Shown: in pieces, positions 1 to 9,030 of the stretch
How positions within the stretch are numbered: the first letter of the stretch is position 1
Layout: every line of letters starts with the position of its first letter
DNA from: Candidatus Eiseniibacteriota bacterium
Lineage (GTDB): Bacteria > Eisenbacteria > RBG-16-71-46
Direction of reading: 5' to 3'
Assembly: GCA_963725865.1 (NCBI GenBank)
Contig: CAVSAC010000010.1
Coordinates: 1,056,001-1,120,000 of the forward strand
DNA length: 64,000 bases
Position numbers and translations under genes: made by a program
The notes under the pieces: model-generated
What the model was told of the DNA's origin: nothing
Databases searched by the model: none
What the model saw: only the letters and a program-made list of their open reading frames with translations

Positions 1-1434
1 CTGCCCGGCTTCGCGCTGGTTGGGCTGCCGGACGCCTCGGCGCGCGAGGCGCGCGAGCGCGTGTGGCCCGCGCTGCGCAACGCCGGCTTCGCGGCGCCCG
101 ATCGCCGCGTGACCGTCAACCTGGCGCCCGCCGGCCGCCGCAAGGAGGGCGCCGCCATGGATCTCGCGATCGCGCTCGGCATCCTGGCGGCCACCAATCA
201 GGTGCCGCAGGCGCGCCTCGCGGATGCGGCGGTGCTCGGCGAGCTGGCGCTCGACGGCGCGCTGCGCGGCGTCCGCGGCACGCTCTCGCTCGCCGAGGCC
301 GCGTGGCGCGCGGAGGCGCGCACGCTGGTGTGCGCGGCGGCCGCGGCCCCCGAGGCCGCACTGGTCGAAGGGCTCGCGGTGTGCGCGATGGAGAGCCTCG
401 GCACCTGCGCGGCGTGGCTGCGCGGCGACGAGGTGGCGCGCGCCACGCCCGCCCCGCCCGATGCCGCGACGGCGAGCGACGATCACGACCTGGCCGAGGT
501 GCGCGGTCAGGTGCTCGCGCGGCGCGCGCTCGAGATCGCCGCCGCGGGCGGCCACCACCTGCTGATGGTGGGCCCGCCGGGCGTCGGCAAGTCGATGCTC
601 GCGCGCCGGCTGGCCGGCATCCTGCCGCCGCTGGAGCCCGACGAGGCGCTGGTGGTGACGCGCCTGCATTCGGTCGCCGGCCTGCGCCCGCCCGGCGCGG
701 GGTTGATGCGCGGCCGCCCGTTCCGCGCGCCGCATCATTCGCTGTCGCGTGCCGGCTTGATCGGCGGCGGCAGCCCGCCGCGCCCCGGCGAGCTGTCGTT
801 GGCGCACCACGGCGTGCTGTTCCTGGACGAGCTGTCGGAGTACCCGCGCCACTTGCTCGACGCGCTGCGCGAGCCGCTCGAGACCGGCAGCGTGTGGATC
901 GCGCGAGCGAGCGGTACCGCGCGCTTCCCGGCACGAGCGCTGATGATCGCGGCGATGAATCCCTGCTTCTGCGGCTGGCTCGGACATCCCAAGCGCGGTT
1001 GTCGCTGCACCGCCACCGACCTCGCGCGCTACGCCGCGCGCGTCAGCGGTCCGGTGCTCGATCGGCTCGACCTGCAGATCGAGGTCCCCGCACTCACCTC
1101 CGACGAGCTGCTGCGCGCCGCTCCCGGCGAGCCCAGTGCGATCGTGCGCGCACGCGTGCTGGCGGCGCGGGTGCGCCAGCGCGCGCGCGGCGCGCTCAAC
1201 GCGCGGCTGCCCAACGCCGCACTCGCGCGCCACTGCGCACTCGACGAGGCCGGCCGCCGGCTGCTCGGCGACGCGATCGATCGCGGTGGCATGAGTGCGC
1301 GCGCCGTGCACCGCGCGCTGCGCGTGGCGCGCACCCTCGCCGATCTGGCCGACGAGGAGCGCCTGAGCCCGCTGCGGATCGCCGAGGCGCTGCAGTATCG
1401 GGCGTACGAAGCACGGCGGGCGGTGGCGGGGTGA
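1..1434 (+). CDS. comM: ComM/YifB family Mg-chelatase-like AAA+ ATPase (5' end lies outside window)
   Basis: Frame open from base 1 (LPGFALVGLPDASARE...); Walker A GPPGVGKS, PFRAPHH, GELSLAHHGVLFLDE, AMNPCFCG, SGPVLDRLD, C-terminal SARAVHRALRVARTLADL. Confidence 0.95.
   Translation: MPGFALVGLPDASAREARERVWPALRNAGFAAPDRRVTVNLAPAGRRKEGAAMDLAIALGILAATNQVPQARLADAAVLGELALDGALRGVRGTLSLAEAAWRAEARTLVCAAAAAPEAALVEGLAVCAMESLGTCAAWLRGDEVARATPAPPDAATASDDHDLAEVRGQVLARRALEIAAAGGHHLLMVGPPGVGKSMLARRLAGILPPLEPDEALVVTRLHSVAGLRPPGAGLMRGRPFRAPHHSLSRAGLIGGGSPPRPGELSLAHHGVLFLDELSEYPRHLLDALREPLETGSVWIARASGTARFPARALMIAAMNPCFCGWLGHPKRGCRCTATDLARYAARVSGPVLDRLDLQIEVPALTSDELLRAAPGEPSAIVRARVLAARVRQRARGALNARLPNAALARHCALDEAGRRLLGDAIDRGGMSARAVHRALRVARTLADLADEERLSPLRIAEALQYRAYEARRAVAG
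964..1409 (+). repeat. Direct repeat copy 1: comM 3' segment (446 bp)
   Basis: TGCTTCTGCGGCTGG...GCAGTATCGGGCGTACGA aligns without gaps to 6731-7176; about 32 mismatches by manual count. Confidence 0.97.
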
Positions 1435-1613
1435 GGGCGGCCGTTCTCCATCCCGCATCGAATACCCGTTGACGCCCCCCCTCGGAGGCGTTCACTCTGG
1501 GGCGCGTGAGGCCCGCGCCCCGCTCGCCCACCCCTCGCCCTCGCGGCTGAGCCCCTCACACCCGCCCCCACCGGGTTGGCTTCGGACCGCTGTCTCCGAA
1601 GGAGGCCGCGACC

Positions 1614-3719
1614 ATGGGCCGCATCCACCGGTGTTGCTATGCTCTTCTCATGTTGCTGCTCACCACTCGCTCCGCATCCGCGCTCCAGCTTCAATGGACT
1701 GGTGGCGCCACCACGCTCTCGTTCACCGAGGCCACCCGCTGCACGCTGGTGGTGCAGGCGGACTCGAGCGAGCAGCGGCTGCCGGCGGAGTGGCGACTGC
1801 TGTGGGTCGCCGACAGCTGCGACATCTCGCCGCAGCCGCTCGATGAACCGGTGGCGTGTATCGAGACGTTCGCACAGGTGTCGGCGGTGGACGAACCGTC
1901 GACGACGGCGGACAGCGCCGCGCACCTGCGCACCATCCACTTCTGCTCGGATGAGAACGATCCCGCGGCGAGCGCCGCGCGCTACGTCCTCGACCTGCCG
2001 GCCGCGAGCGCGGGGAGGTTCCAGGCGGTGGCGCTCGATCCCAACGACTCGACGCAGGTGATCGAGTCGAACGAGATCACTTTCAATGGCGGCGCGAGCG
2101 GGGATTACCCGCCTGCGATTCTTCGCGCCACGCACTCCCATCCCTCGACGCAGCTCGTCGTCAACGCTGTCGGCGTTGGCCTCGCCAACTTGGCAACAGT
2201 GGAGATCGAGGCGCCGGACCTGTCGTGGCGATTGGGTCTCAACGTCGTCGAGCAATCGGAGACTGGCCTGAGCGCGGTGGCGCAGGTCGCCGCCGATCTG
2301 CCTCCGTTCGTGCTGCGTGTAGGCAGAGGCTCGGGGGCCGTCGCCGCGACATCCCTCGCCGCCGATACCGCCTCGACACTTTCCCTGGATCCGGCGTGCG
2401 TGAGCTACATGAGGGAGTACGACTCCCACGGCCACACGAACATCCAACCGAAGGACTTCGCCGTCGTAGCTTCGCGGGATTCTTTCCACATCTTCTACAT
2501 CCGCCGCGAAATGGATATCGCCGATGGCGAGCTCAGGGAGAAGACCATCGGGCACAAGCGTTCGCACAACCTGAACGATTGGGAGCCGACGACTGGAACG
2601 ATGATGGCCCTGCAGACTCGCTTTGGTCAGTGGGACAACCACCACGTGTGGGCGCCGAGCATCATCAAGAAACCGAACGACATTACCTACTGGATGTTCT
2701 ACACCGGTGTCAAGGACACCACCGTTGGCACGGCCCACACGCAGGTGCAGCGCATCGGCGTCGCGACGTCGACCGATCTGAACGTCTGGACCCCGGAGAG
2801 CACTTGGGTCTTCTCGCACAACAACGCAGGTTGGGCCGAGCAGGACTCGACGAATGGTTCGGGGCAACAGTTTCGCGACCCGTTCGTGATGGAGGACCCC
2901 GATTCCGCCGGTCACTACCTGATGTACTTCGTGGCGGGGAGCCGCGACCGCAAACCGAGAACGGTGGTCGGGGTGGCGAGGACTCGCGGTCCGGTGGCCG
3001 ACTTCCACGACTGGTACAACGTGGGACCACTCTGGAACACAGACTTGGTTCACACCGGGCAAGCCGTCATCGAGTCGCCTCACGCGGTCAGGGACCCGGG
3101 TGGCCGCTGGTGGCTCTACTACACCGGCTACAACACCGGGGCCGACCCTGCCTACGTTAGCTTCGAAACCAACGACTTCAGTCCCATCGACGCGGACACG
3201 ACGCGGTGGAGCGCGCCCGATACCCTGTTCGAGTTCCTCGGTGGCGATCAGACGCTGCAATCCTGGCACGGCTCCGAATACCTGAAGTGGGCGCCGGGGT
3301 ACGAGTATCTCTTCGCCTACAACGACAATCAGCTGGCCGTGGTGGTATCTGAGATGTCGTGGCACGGTCCACACACCTTCGCCCTCAACGACTCTTGTGC
3401 GCCGTCGGTACCGCTCGTCGTGGATCCGGAGCATGTCCCGCTACGGCTTGCTCTGGATCTGCTGGGAGCCCAGCCTTCGCACGGATCGGTCGGCTTCCGG
3501 GTGCAGATTCCCGCAAGGATGCGGGTGCGGCTCGCCATCTATGACCTGCTCGGACGTCGCCTGCGGACGGTCATTGACGAGGAGACGCCCGCAGGGCAGC
3601 GGGACCTCCGATGGGACGGCCGGAACTCGAGTGGCCAGGTGGTTGGCAGCGGAGTGTACTTCGCGCGGTTGCTGGCCACTGGAGGCCAACGCGTCGCAAG
3701 AGTGGTGCTGCTGCAATGA
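1614..3719 (+). CDS. Secreted protein with GH43/GH32-like five-bladed beta-propeller and C-terminal FlgD-Ig-like domain
   Basis: SD AAGGAGG; signal peptide; motifs QPKDF, VWAPS, FRDPFV, IESPH; C-terminus IYDLLGRRLRT...WDGRNSSGQVVGSGVYFARL. Confidence 0.75.
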   Translation: MGRIHRCCYALLMLLLTTRSASALQLQWTGGATTLSFTEATRCTLVVQADSSEQRLPAEWRLLWVADSCDISPQPLDEPVACIETFAQVSAVDEPSTTADSAAHLRTIHFCSDENDPAASAARYVLDLPAASAGRFQAVALDPNDSTQVIESNEITFNGGASGDYPPAILRATHSHPSTQLVVNAVGVGLANLATVEIEAPDLSWRLGLNVVEQSETGLSAVAQVAADLPPFVLRVGRGSGAVAATSLAADTASTLSLDPACVSYMREYDSHGHTNIQPKDFAVVASRDSFHIFYIRREMDIADGELREKTIGHKRSHNLNDWEPTTGTMMALQTRFGQWDNHHVWAPSIIKKPNDITYWMFYTGVKDTTVGTAHTQVQRIGVATSTDLNVWTPESTWVFSHNNAGWAEQDSTNGSGQQFRDPFVMEDPDSAGHYLMYFVAGSRDRKPRTVVGVARTRGPVADFHDWYNVGPLWNTDLVHTGQAVIESPHAVRDPGGRWWLYYTGYNTGADPAYVSFETNDFSPIDADTTRWSAPDTLFEFLGGDQTLQSWHGSEYLKWAPGYEYLFAYNDNQLAVVVSEMSWHGPHTFALNDSCAPSVPLVVDPEHVPLRLALDLLGAQPSHGSVGFRVQIPARMRVRLAIYDLLGRRLRTVIDEETPAGQRDLRWDGRNSSGQVVGSGVYFARLLATGGQRVARVVLLQ

Positions 3720-6271
3720 AGCGACTCCGCACCGTGCAACCTTTGGCTCGCGGCGGTCGACAGAATCCGGATGTGAGCGCCGGACGGCAGCGTGGCCGGT
3801 GGGCTGCTCCACTGCTCGCAGTGTGCGCTTCGACCTGGTGGGTCACTCCAGCCGTCACTCAAGTCGTGAACCAGGACCTCTGGGTGACGAGCGGGACGGT
3901 GTCGGCCATCGCTCGGGGAGGCAATACGCTGTATATTGGCGGATCGCTTGGCGTGGTAGGCCCTAGCAGCGGTGGCGGGGTTCCCCTCGACAAGGCCAGT
4001 GGCGCGCCCATCTCGCCGTTTCCCAAGGTGACCGGCTACGTCTTCGCGATCGCCTCCGATCATCAGGGCGGCTGGTACATCGGCGGGGACTTCACCGCGG
4101 TCGGTGGGGTCCCACGCTCGAGTCTCGCTCACATCCTCGCCGATGGAAGCCTCTCGGACTGGGCGCCGACGCAGGATGCGCATGGCATCACGGCGCTCGT
4201 CCCCGCGGGTCAGACCATCTTCGTCGCCGGCGACTTCAGCACCATCGGCGGGCAGCCGCGGCGCAAGATCGCGGCCCTGGACGCGACCACCGCTGAGGCG
4301 ACGCCATGGAATCCCGACCCATCGGGATCGATTCGGTCCTACGGCGCTGGCGGTCCGCAGGTGAACGCGTTGATCGTGCGGGGAGACACCGTCTATGCGG
4401 CGGGCAACTTCACGAGCATCGGCGGACAGGCACGGAACTGCCTGGCCGCCTTGGATGCCGCGACGGGGCTGGCATTCGATTGGAATCCGGACGCCAACGA
4501 CATTGTCAACACGCTGACGGTGGACGCCAGCAGCCTGTACGCCGGCGGGTACTTCACCCAACTCGGTGGGCAACCTCGCAGCCTGGTCGGAGCGGTCGAC
4601 CGCGCCACGGGCTCGGTGAGGTCATGGAATCCGAGTGTCACGGGGCCCGCCGACGTGTACATAAGCAAACCCTACGTGTCCGCGCTGACCACCAACGGTA
4701 GAGCGGTCTTCGTCGGCGGCCGCTTCAGCTCGGTTGGTGGCGAGCCTCGATCGGCGCTGGCTAGCGTCGACCCGGTGACCGGAGCCGTGACCGCGTGGGA
4801 TCCAAGCCCGATCTACCACTACTCCTATCCGTATCCGTACGTCTGGGCGCTGGCCGTGCTCGGTGACACGGTCTTCGTGGGTGGTTCATTCGACGCGATT
4901 GGAGGGCAGGAGCATGCGTACCTCGCGGCGATCGACGCGGCGACCGGGTTCGCCACCGGGTGGAACCCCAGGCCGAATGAGCAGGTGTGGTCCTTATGCG
5001 CTGACGGACGAGCCGTGTACGCGGGCGGGTCCTTCAGGTCCATGGGTCCGTGGCAGACGCGGCACTGCCTCGCTGCCTTGGACCTAACAACCGGCGCGCT
5101 GAAGGACTGGAACCCGGACCCGAACGGCCTCGAGGTAAGAGCCCTGGCGGTCAGCGGTGGAACGATCTACGCGGGCGGCGACTTCACCTTCATCGGCGGT
5201 GAGGCACGCAGCGGCATTGCCGCCCTCGATACGCTGACGGGGGCCGCGACGGCGTGGAACCCGGCCGCCGATGGTGAGGTGCGCGCGTTGGAGCTGAGGG
5301 ATGGCACCCTATACGTCGGTGGTGGTTTCCGGCACATCGGAGGTCAGCCGCGACGCTTCGCCGCGGCGCTCGATCCCGCGACTGGCGTCGCGACCGGTTG
5401 GGATCCGAATGCGAACTACTGGGTGTACGCGCTGGCGAGTAGCGGCAATACGATCTACCTGGGAGGGTTCTTCGAGACGATGGGTGGCGAATCCCGCTTT
5501 GGAATTGCAGCAGTGGACGCCGTGACCGGGGCGCTCTCCCCATGGAAGGCGGATACTGACGGCATCGTCGGTGCGCTGGCGGTAAGCGGGGAGACGGTGT
5601 ACGCGGGCGGCCTCTTCTCGACGATCGCCGGCCAGCCGAGGAACTGCGTGGCGGCCCTGGACGTCAGCACGGGCGCGCTCAGGGGCTGGGATCCAAACCT
5701 GTACGGCTCGGGAGTCGCGAACGCACAGCCCGAGGTCCACGCGTTGGCGATCTATGGCCACACGATCTACGTGGGAGGAGACTTCTACTACATCGGTGGT
5801 CAAGCGCGCCCGTGCCTTGCGGCGCTCGATGACAGCGTGGCGATCGCCACGGATTGGACCCCGCGCGCCAACTTCCAGGTCTATTCGCTGGCCCAGAGTC
5901 AGGGCACCCTCTTCGCTGGGGGCTCGTTCGGCAGCGTGGGGTTGTTGCCGACTTCGGGTCTGGCCGCGATCTCGATCCCCGAGGATCCCGTCGCGCCGCC
6001 AGGGTCATTCGCGCTGGAGCAGAACTTCCCGAACCCGGCCCGCGGCACCACCACCATTCGCTTCGCGCTGCCGACAGCCGCCACCGTGACGCTCGCCGTC
6101 TACGACATCCAAGGTCGCCGAGTGGCTGAGCCGCTTGATCACTCGTTGAGGGCGCCGGGCCGCCACGAGCTTCTGATCCGCTCGAATCGGTGGAAGCCTG
6201 GCGTGTACCTCTACCGCCTCGAAGTCGCCGGGGGCGCGAGCGCGACGCGCAAGTTCGTGGTGCTGAAGTAA
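3716..6271 (+). CDS. Secreted beta-propeller repeat protein with T9SS-A-like C-terminal domain
   Basis: ATGA overlap with upstream gene; about 12 repeats WNP..N..V.ALA..G.T.Y.GG.F..IGG..R..LAALD..TG; C-terminus LEQNFPNP...VYDIQGRRV...GVYLYRL...TRKFVVLK. Confidence 0.8.
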   Translation: MKRLRTVQPLARGGRQNPDVSAGRQRGRWAAPLLAVCASTWWVTPAVTQVVNQDLWVTSGTVSAIARGGNTLYIGGSLGVVGPSSGGGVPLDKASGAPISPFPKVTGYVFAIASDHQGGWYIGGDFTAVGGVPRSSLAHILADGSLSDWAPTQDAHGITALVPAGQTIFVAGDFSTIGGQPRRKIAALDATTAEATPWNPDPSGSIRSYGAGGPQVNALIVRGDTVYAAGNFTSIGGQARNCLAALDAATGLAFDWNPDANDIVNTLTVDASSLYAGGYFTQLGGQPRSLVGAVDRATGSVRSWNPSVTGPADVYISKPYVSALTTNGRAVFVGGRFSSVGGEPRSALASVDPVTGAVTAWDPSPIYHYSYPYPYVWALAVLGDTVFVGGSFDAIGGQEHAYLAAIDAATGFATGWNPRPNEQVWSLCADGRAVYAGGSFRSMGPWQTRHCLAALDLTTGALKDWNPDPNGLEVRALAVSGGTIYAGGDFTFIGGEARSGIAALDTLTGAATAWNPAADGEVRALELRDGTLYVGGGFRHIGGQPRRFAAALDPATGVATGWDPNANYWVYALASSGNTIYLGGFFETMGGESRFGIAAVDAVTGALSPWKADTDGIVGALAVSGETVYAGGLFSTIAGQPRNCVAALDVSTGALRGWDPNLYGSGVANAQPEVHALAIYGHTIYVGGDFYYIGGQARPCLAALDDSVAIATDWTPRANFQVYSLAQSQGTLFAGGSFGSVGLLPTSGLAAISIPEDPVAPPGSFALEQNFPNPARGTTTIRFALPTAATVTLAVYDIQGRRVAEPLDHSLRAPGRHELLIRSNRWKPGVYLYRLEVAGGASATRKFVVLK

Positions 6272-6281
6272 CCCACTGGGC

Positions 6282-6722
6282 TCAGTCTGCGCCCTCCCGC
6301 GACAGGAACCGCTCGACCAGGGCGGCCACTCTCGAGCTCACCCGGCGCCGCTCGTGCTCGAGATCGACGATCGTCCCCTCGTCCACGCCCATCCGGGCGG
6401 CGAGTTCGGCTTGGGTGAGCCCGAGCCTCCGTCGTCGCGCCCGCACCCGACTCGCCCGGCTCCCGTCCACCGCCTCGGGGTCGTAGCCGAGGCGCCGGAT
6501 CAGGCCGGAGCGGTGCCCAACTCGCGGCACGGACCGACCCGATTCCCAGTTCGCCACCGTCTCGGCGCGCACGCCCAGCAACGCACCCAGGGTTCGTTGC
6601 CCTAGACCGTGGTCGAGCCGATAACGCCGGACGTGGTCGCCCAGCGTGACGAGCGAACGCGGATAACCCCTTGGCAGTGCGAGCGGTCGTGCTCCTCGCA
6701 GCCGCAGGCTGGTAAAAGGCAA
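6282..6722 (-). CDS. Tandem XRE helix-turn-helix protein (start uncertain, at island junction)
   Basis: Two XRE motifs: LGDHVRRYRLDHGLGQRTLGALLGVRAETVANWESG and RVRARRRRLGLTQAELAARMGVDEGTIVDLE; only a TTG start with no SD. Confidence 0.8.
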   Translation of the reverse strand: MPFTSLRLRGARPLALPRGYPRSLVTLGDHVRRYRLDHGLGQRTLGALLGVRAETVANWESGRSVPRVGHRSGLIRRLGYDPEAVDGSRASRVRARRRRLGLTQAELAARMGVDEGTIVDLEHERRRVSSRVAALVERFLSREGAD

Positions 6723-6730
6723 CGCAACGG

Positions 6731-7201
6731 TGCTTCTGCGGCTGGCTCGGGCATCCCAAGCGCGGCTGCCGCTGCACCGTCACCGACCTCGCGCGCTACG
6801 CCGCCCGCGTCAGCGGTCCGGTGCTCGACCGGCTCGACCTGCAGATCGAGGTCCCGGCGCTGACCTCCGACGAGCTGCTGCGCGCCGCTCCCGGCGAGCC
6901 GAGTGCGATCGTGCGCGCGCGCGTGCTGGCGGCGCGGGCGCGCCAGCGCGCGCGTGGAGCCCTCAACGCGCGGCTCTCGAACGCCGCCCTCGCCCGCCAC
7001 TGCGCGCTCGATGAGGCCGGCCGCCGGCTGCTCGCCGACGCGGTCGATCGCGGCGGCATGAGTGCGCGCGCGGTGCACCGCGCGCTGCGCGTGGCGCGCA
7101 CCATCGCCGACCTCGCCGACGAGGAGCGCCTGAGTCCGCTGCGGCTCGCGGAGGCGCTGCAGTATCGGGCGTACGAGGGGCGGTCAATTGGGGGGAGGTA
7201 G
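6731..7201 (+). pseudogene. comM: Orphan 3' half of comM (repeat copy 2, homology 6731-7176), no 5' half
   Basis: Reads CFCGWLGHPKRG...ALQYRAYEGRSIGGR* in one open frame; lacks Walker A/B region. Confidence 0.9.
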
Positions 7202-7234
7202 ACGCCTGACCGCTCCCGCGCTGGGATGGGTGCA

Positions 7235-8698
7235 CTACCGCTGCGGCTCTCCGCTGCCCGGCGTGGCAAAGTGAATCGGCATCGGTGACGTGACGCAGGT
7301 CGTATCGAGGCCGTCGAAGCGGCCCGCACTGAGGAATCGCTCGAAGAGCGACGTGATGCACGAATCGACGTCGCCATGACTGCGATTGGGAACGACAATA
7401 TGCCGCGCGTTCGACAGATGCTGAATCACCATCTCGCCATAGGACGGCGGCGTGATCGGATCGAGGTCTCCCGTGATTGCGAGGACAGGAACATCGGCGC
7501 ATACGGGTTCCCAGAAATCTCGCGGCAACACGGCTCGCGGCCATTCGGCGCAGATGTCGATCTGCGATCGAACCGGCCCGTCACCGAAGAACGTGCCCGC
7601 GGTCGCCCGCGGAATGCTGCTGGGATCGATGAGGGGAATGGATTCACTGCAGAGTATCGAGAAGAACACCCCGGGCGGCGCCGGCGGCTGTGGCGGTGGG
7701 CCGTCTCCGAGCACGGCTGCAGCAACGGGGCCATAGTCACCGGAGTACGCGGCGTGGATGAGCTGCGGCAATCGCTCGATGCCTCGTGCGGAGCCCAACC
7801 TAGTCTGCACCAGGTCGCGGAACATTCGATCGGTGACCTGGACCGACTGAGCCTCGCCGGTGGTGGCGGGCGCACGGACCCGAGCGGGCGTGCGGCTCAG
7901 TCGGATCAGGACCGAGTCGAATTCGGCATCAAGATTCGGGAACGCCGCGTGACACGAGGCGTCAGCGCCACAGAGCGCGAACACTCGTTCGAGAGACTTC
8001 TGCGCGAATGTCGCGAGATCGAGTTGCGACCGGGCCGCCAGCGGCACGACGCCGTACAACACCGCGGATCGGACATGATCGGGATACTGCTTGAGGTAGA
8101 CCTGGGCAGCCTTTGTACCGTACGAGACACCGTAGAGGTTGACGGTCGGATACCCCAGCCAATCGCGAACGGCGTCGAGATCGTCCATCGCGATGGCCGT
8201 CGAGTAGGCGCGGAGGTCGGCGCGCTGCATGAGCATGCTCAGGCAGTCGCGCGGGTCCATGATGCCGGCGACTCGGCCCGGGGCCGGTCCCGCTGCAGGC
8301 TCACACGAGAGCGGGTTCGAATTCCAGGTTCCGCGCTGATCGACGAGCAGGATGTCGCGATGGCGCCGCAGCGTGGGAAACGCCCGCGACAGGAAGCCGG
8401 CGTATCGCGTCGCCGGGACGACCCCACCCCCCGCGAGGAACACGAGAGGATCGGAGAACACCGAGTCGGTCGTCGCGGGGAGCAGCACGACATGGAGTGC
8501 CAACCGGCGTGATCCCGCCGCTCCCCGGACTTCCGGCACCTCGAACGACCCACAGAGCACCGAATCCACTCCACCCGCCACCTGGCAAGGCTGGAGCTTG
8601 CGTCGTAGTTCCGAACGCGCCGGCGCCTCCGCGGCCGGGCCTTGCGAGACCCACAGCAGCAGAAGGGCGGCGATGGTGATGGTGGACTTGGGCCCCAT
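7235..8698 (-). CDS. Secreted alpha/beta hydrolase (TAP-like peptidase)
   Basis: Signal peptide; LLVDQRGT, nucleophile GVSYG, GDLDPITP, SHG triad. Confidence 0.85.
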   Translation of the reverse strand: MGPKSTITIAALLLLWVSQGPAAEAPARSELRRKLQPCQVAGGVDSVLCGSFEVPEVRGAAGSRRLALHVVLLPATTDSVFSDPLVFLAGGGVVPATRYAGFLSRAFPTLRRHRDILLVDQRGTWNSNPLSCEPAAGPAPGRVAGIMDPRDCLSMLMQRADLRAYSTAIAMDDLDAVRDWLGYPTVNLYGVSYGTKAAQVYLKQYPDHVRSAVLYGVVPLAARSQLDLATFAQKSLERVFALCGADASCHAAFPNLDAEFDSVLIRLSRTPARVRAPATTGEAQSVQVTDRMFRDLVQTRLGSARGIERLPQLIHAAYSGDYGPVAAAVLGDGPPPQPPAPPGVFFSILCSESIPLIDPSSIPRATAGTFFGDGPVRSQIDICAEWPRAVLPRDFWEPVCADVPVLAITGDLDPITPPSYGEMVIQHLSNARHIVVPNRSHGDVDSCITSLFERFLSAGRFDGLDTTCVTSPMPIHFATPGSGEPQR

Positions 8699-8774
8699 GG
8701 GGCTTGGACGTTCATGGGTCGACCGAGGGTTGCATCCCGGGGGGCGATCGGGCCTCGCTGGATCGCGGCGCCGC

Positions 8775-8843
8775 CGCGTCTACCTCTGCCGTCTCGAGGC
8801 CGCCGACACGCACACCTCGCGCAAGTGCGTGCTGATCAGGTCA
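8775..8843 (+). pseudogene. Relic of a T9SS/FlgD-type C-terminal domain
   Basis: RVYLCRLEAADTHTSRKCVLIRS resembles GVYLYRLEVAGGASATRKFVVLK at the end of 3716-6271. Confidence 0.5.
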
Positions 8844-9030
8844 TGCACCGAGTTCAGCCCGCCCGCTTGCGCGCCAGGAATCACTCGATCATCCCCCGGC
8901 CCTGCCGACTCACGCTGCGCCGCCTGCGCTCGAGGTCGACCACCGTCCCCACGTCCAAGCCGAGGTGAGCCAGTCATGGGACCGCGATCGCCTCGTGCCC
9001 GCTCCGCTGGGTTGTCGCGGGACGCCCTCC

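Larger units (their letters stand above)
964..6730. mobile_element. Putative comM-targeted integrative island, no recombinase gene visible
   Basis: Bounded by the duplicated comM 3' half, which starts exactly at NP|CFCG; cargo has visibly more A/T-ending codons than flanks; XRE-HTH gene abuts right junction. Confidence 0.7.

Noticed and set aside
3900..5950. Periodic repeats resembling an array
   Set aside because: They are degenerate in-frame protein repeats (propeller blades), not CRISPR repeats with spacers
964..7176. Diversity-generating retroelement TR/VR pair
   Set aside because: Mismatches are mostly third-position changes of all types, not adenine-specific, and no reverse transcriptase is present
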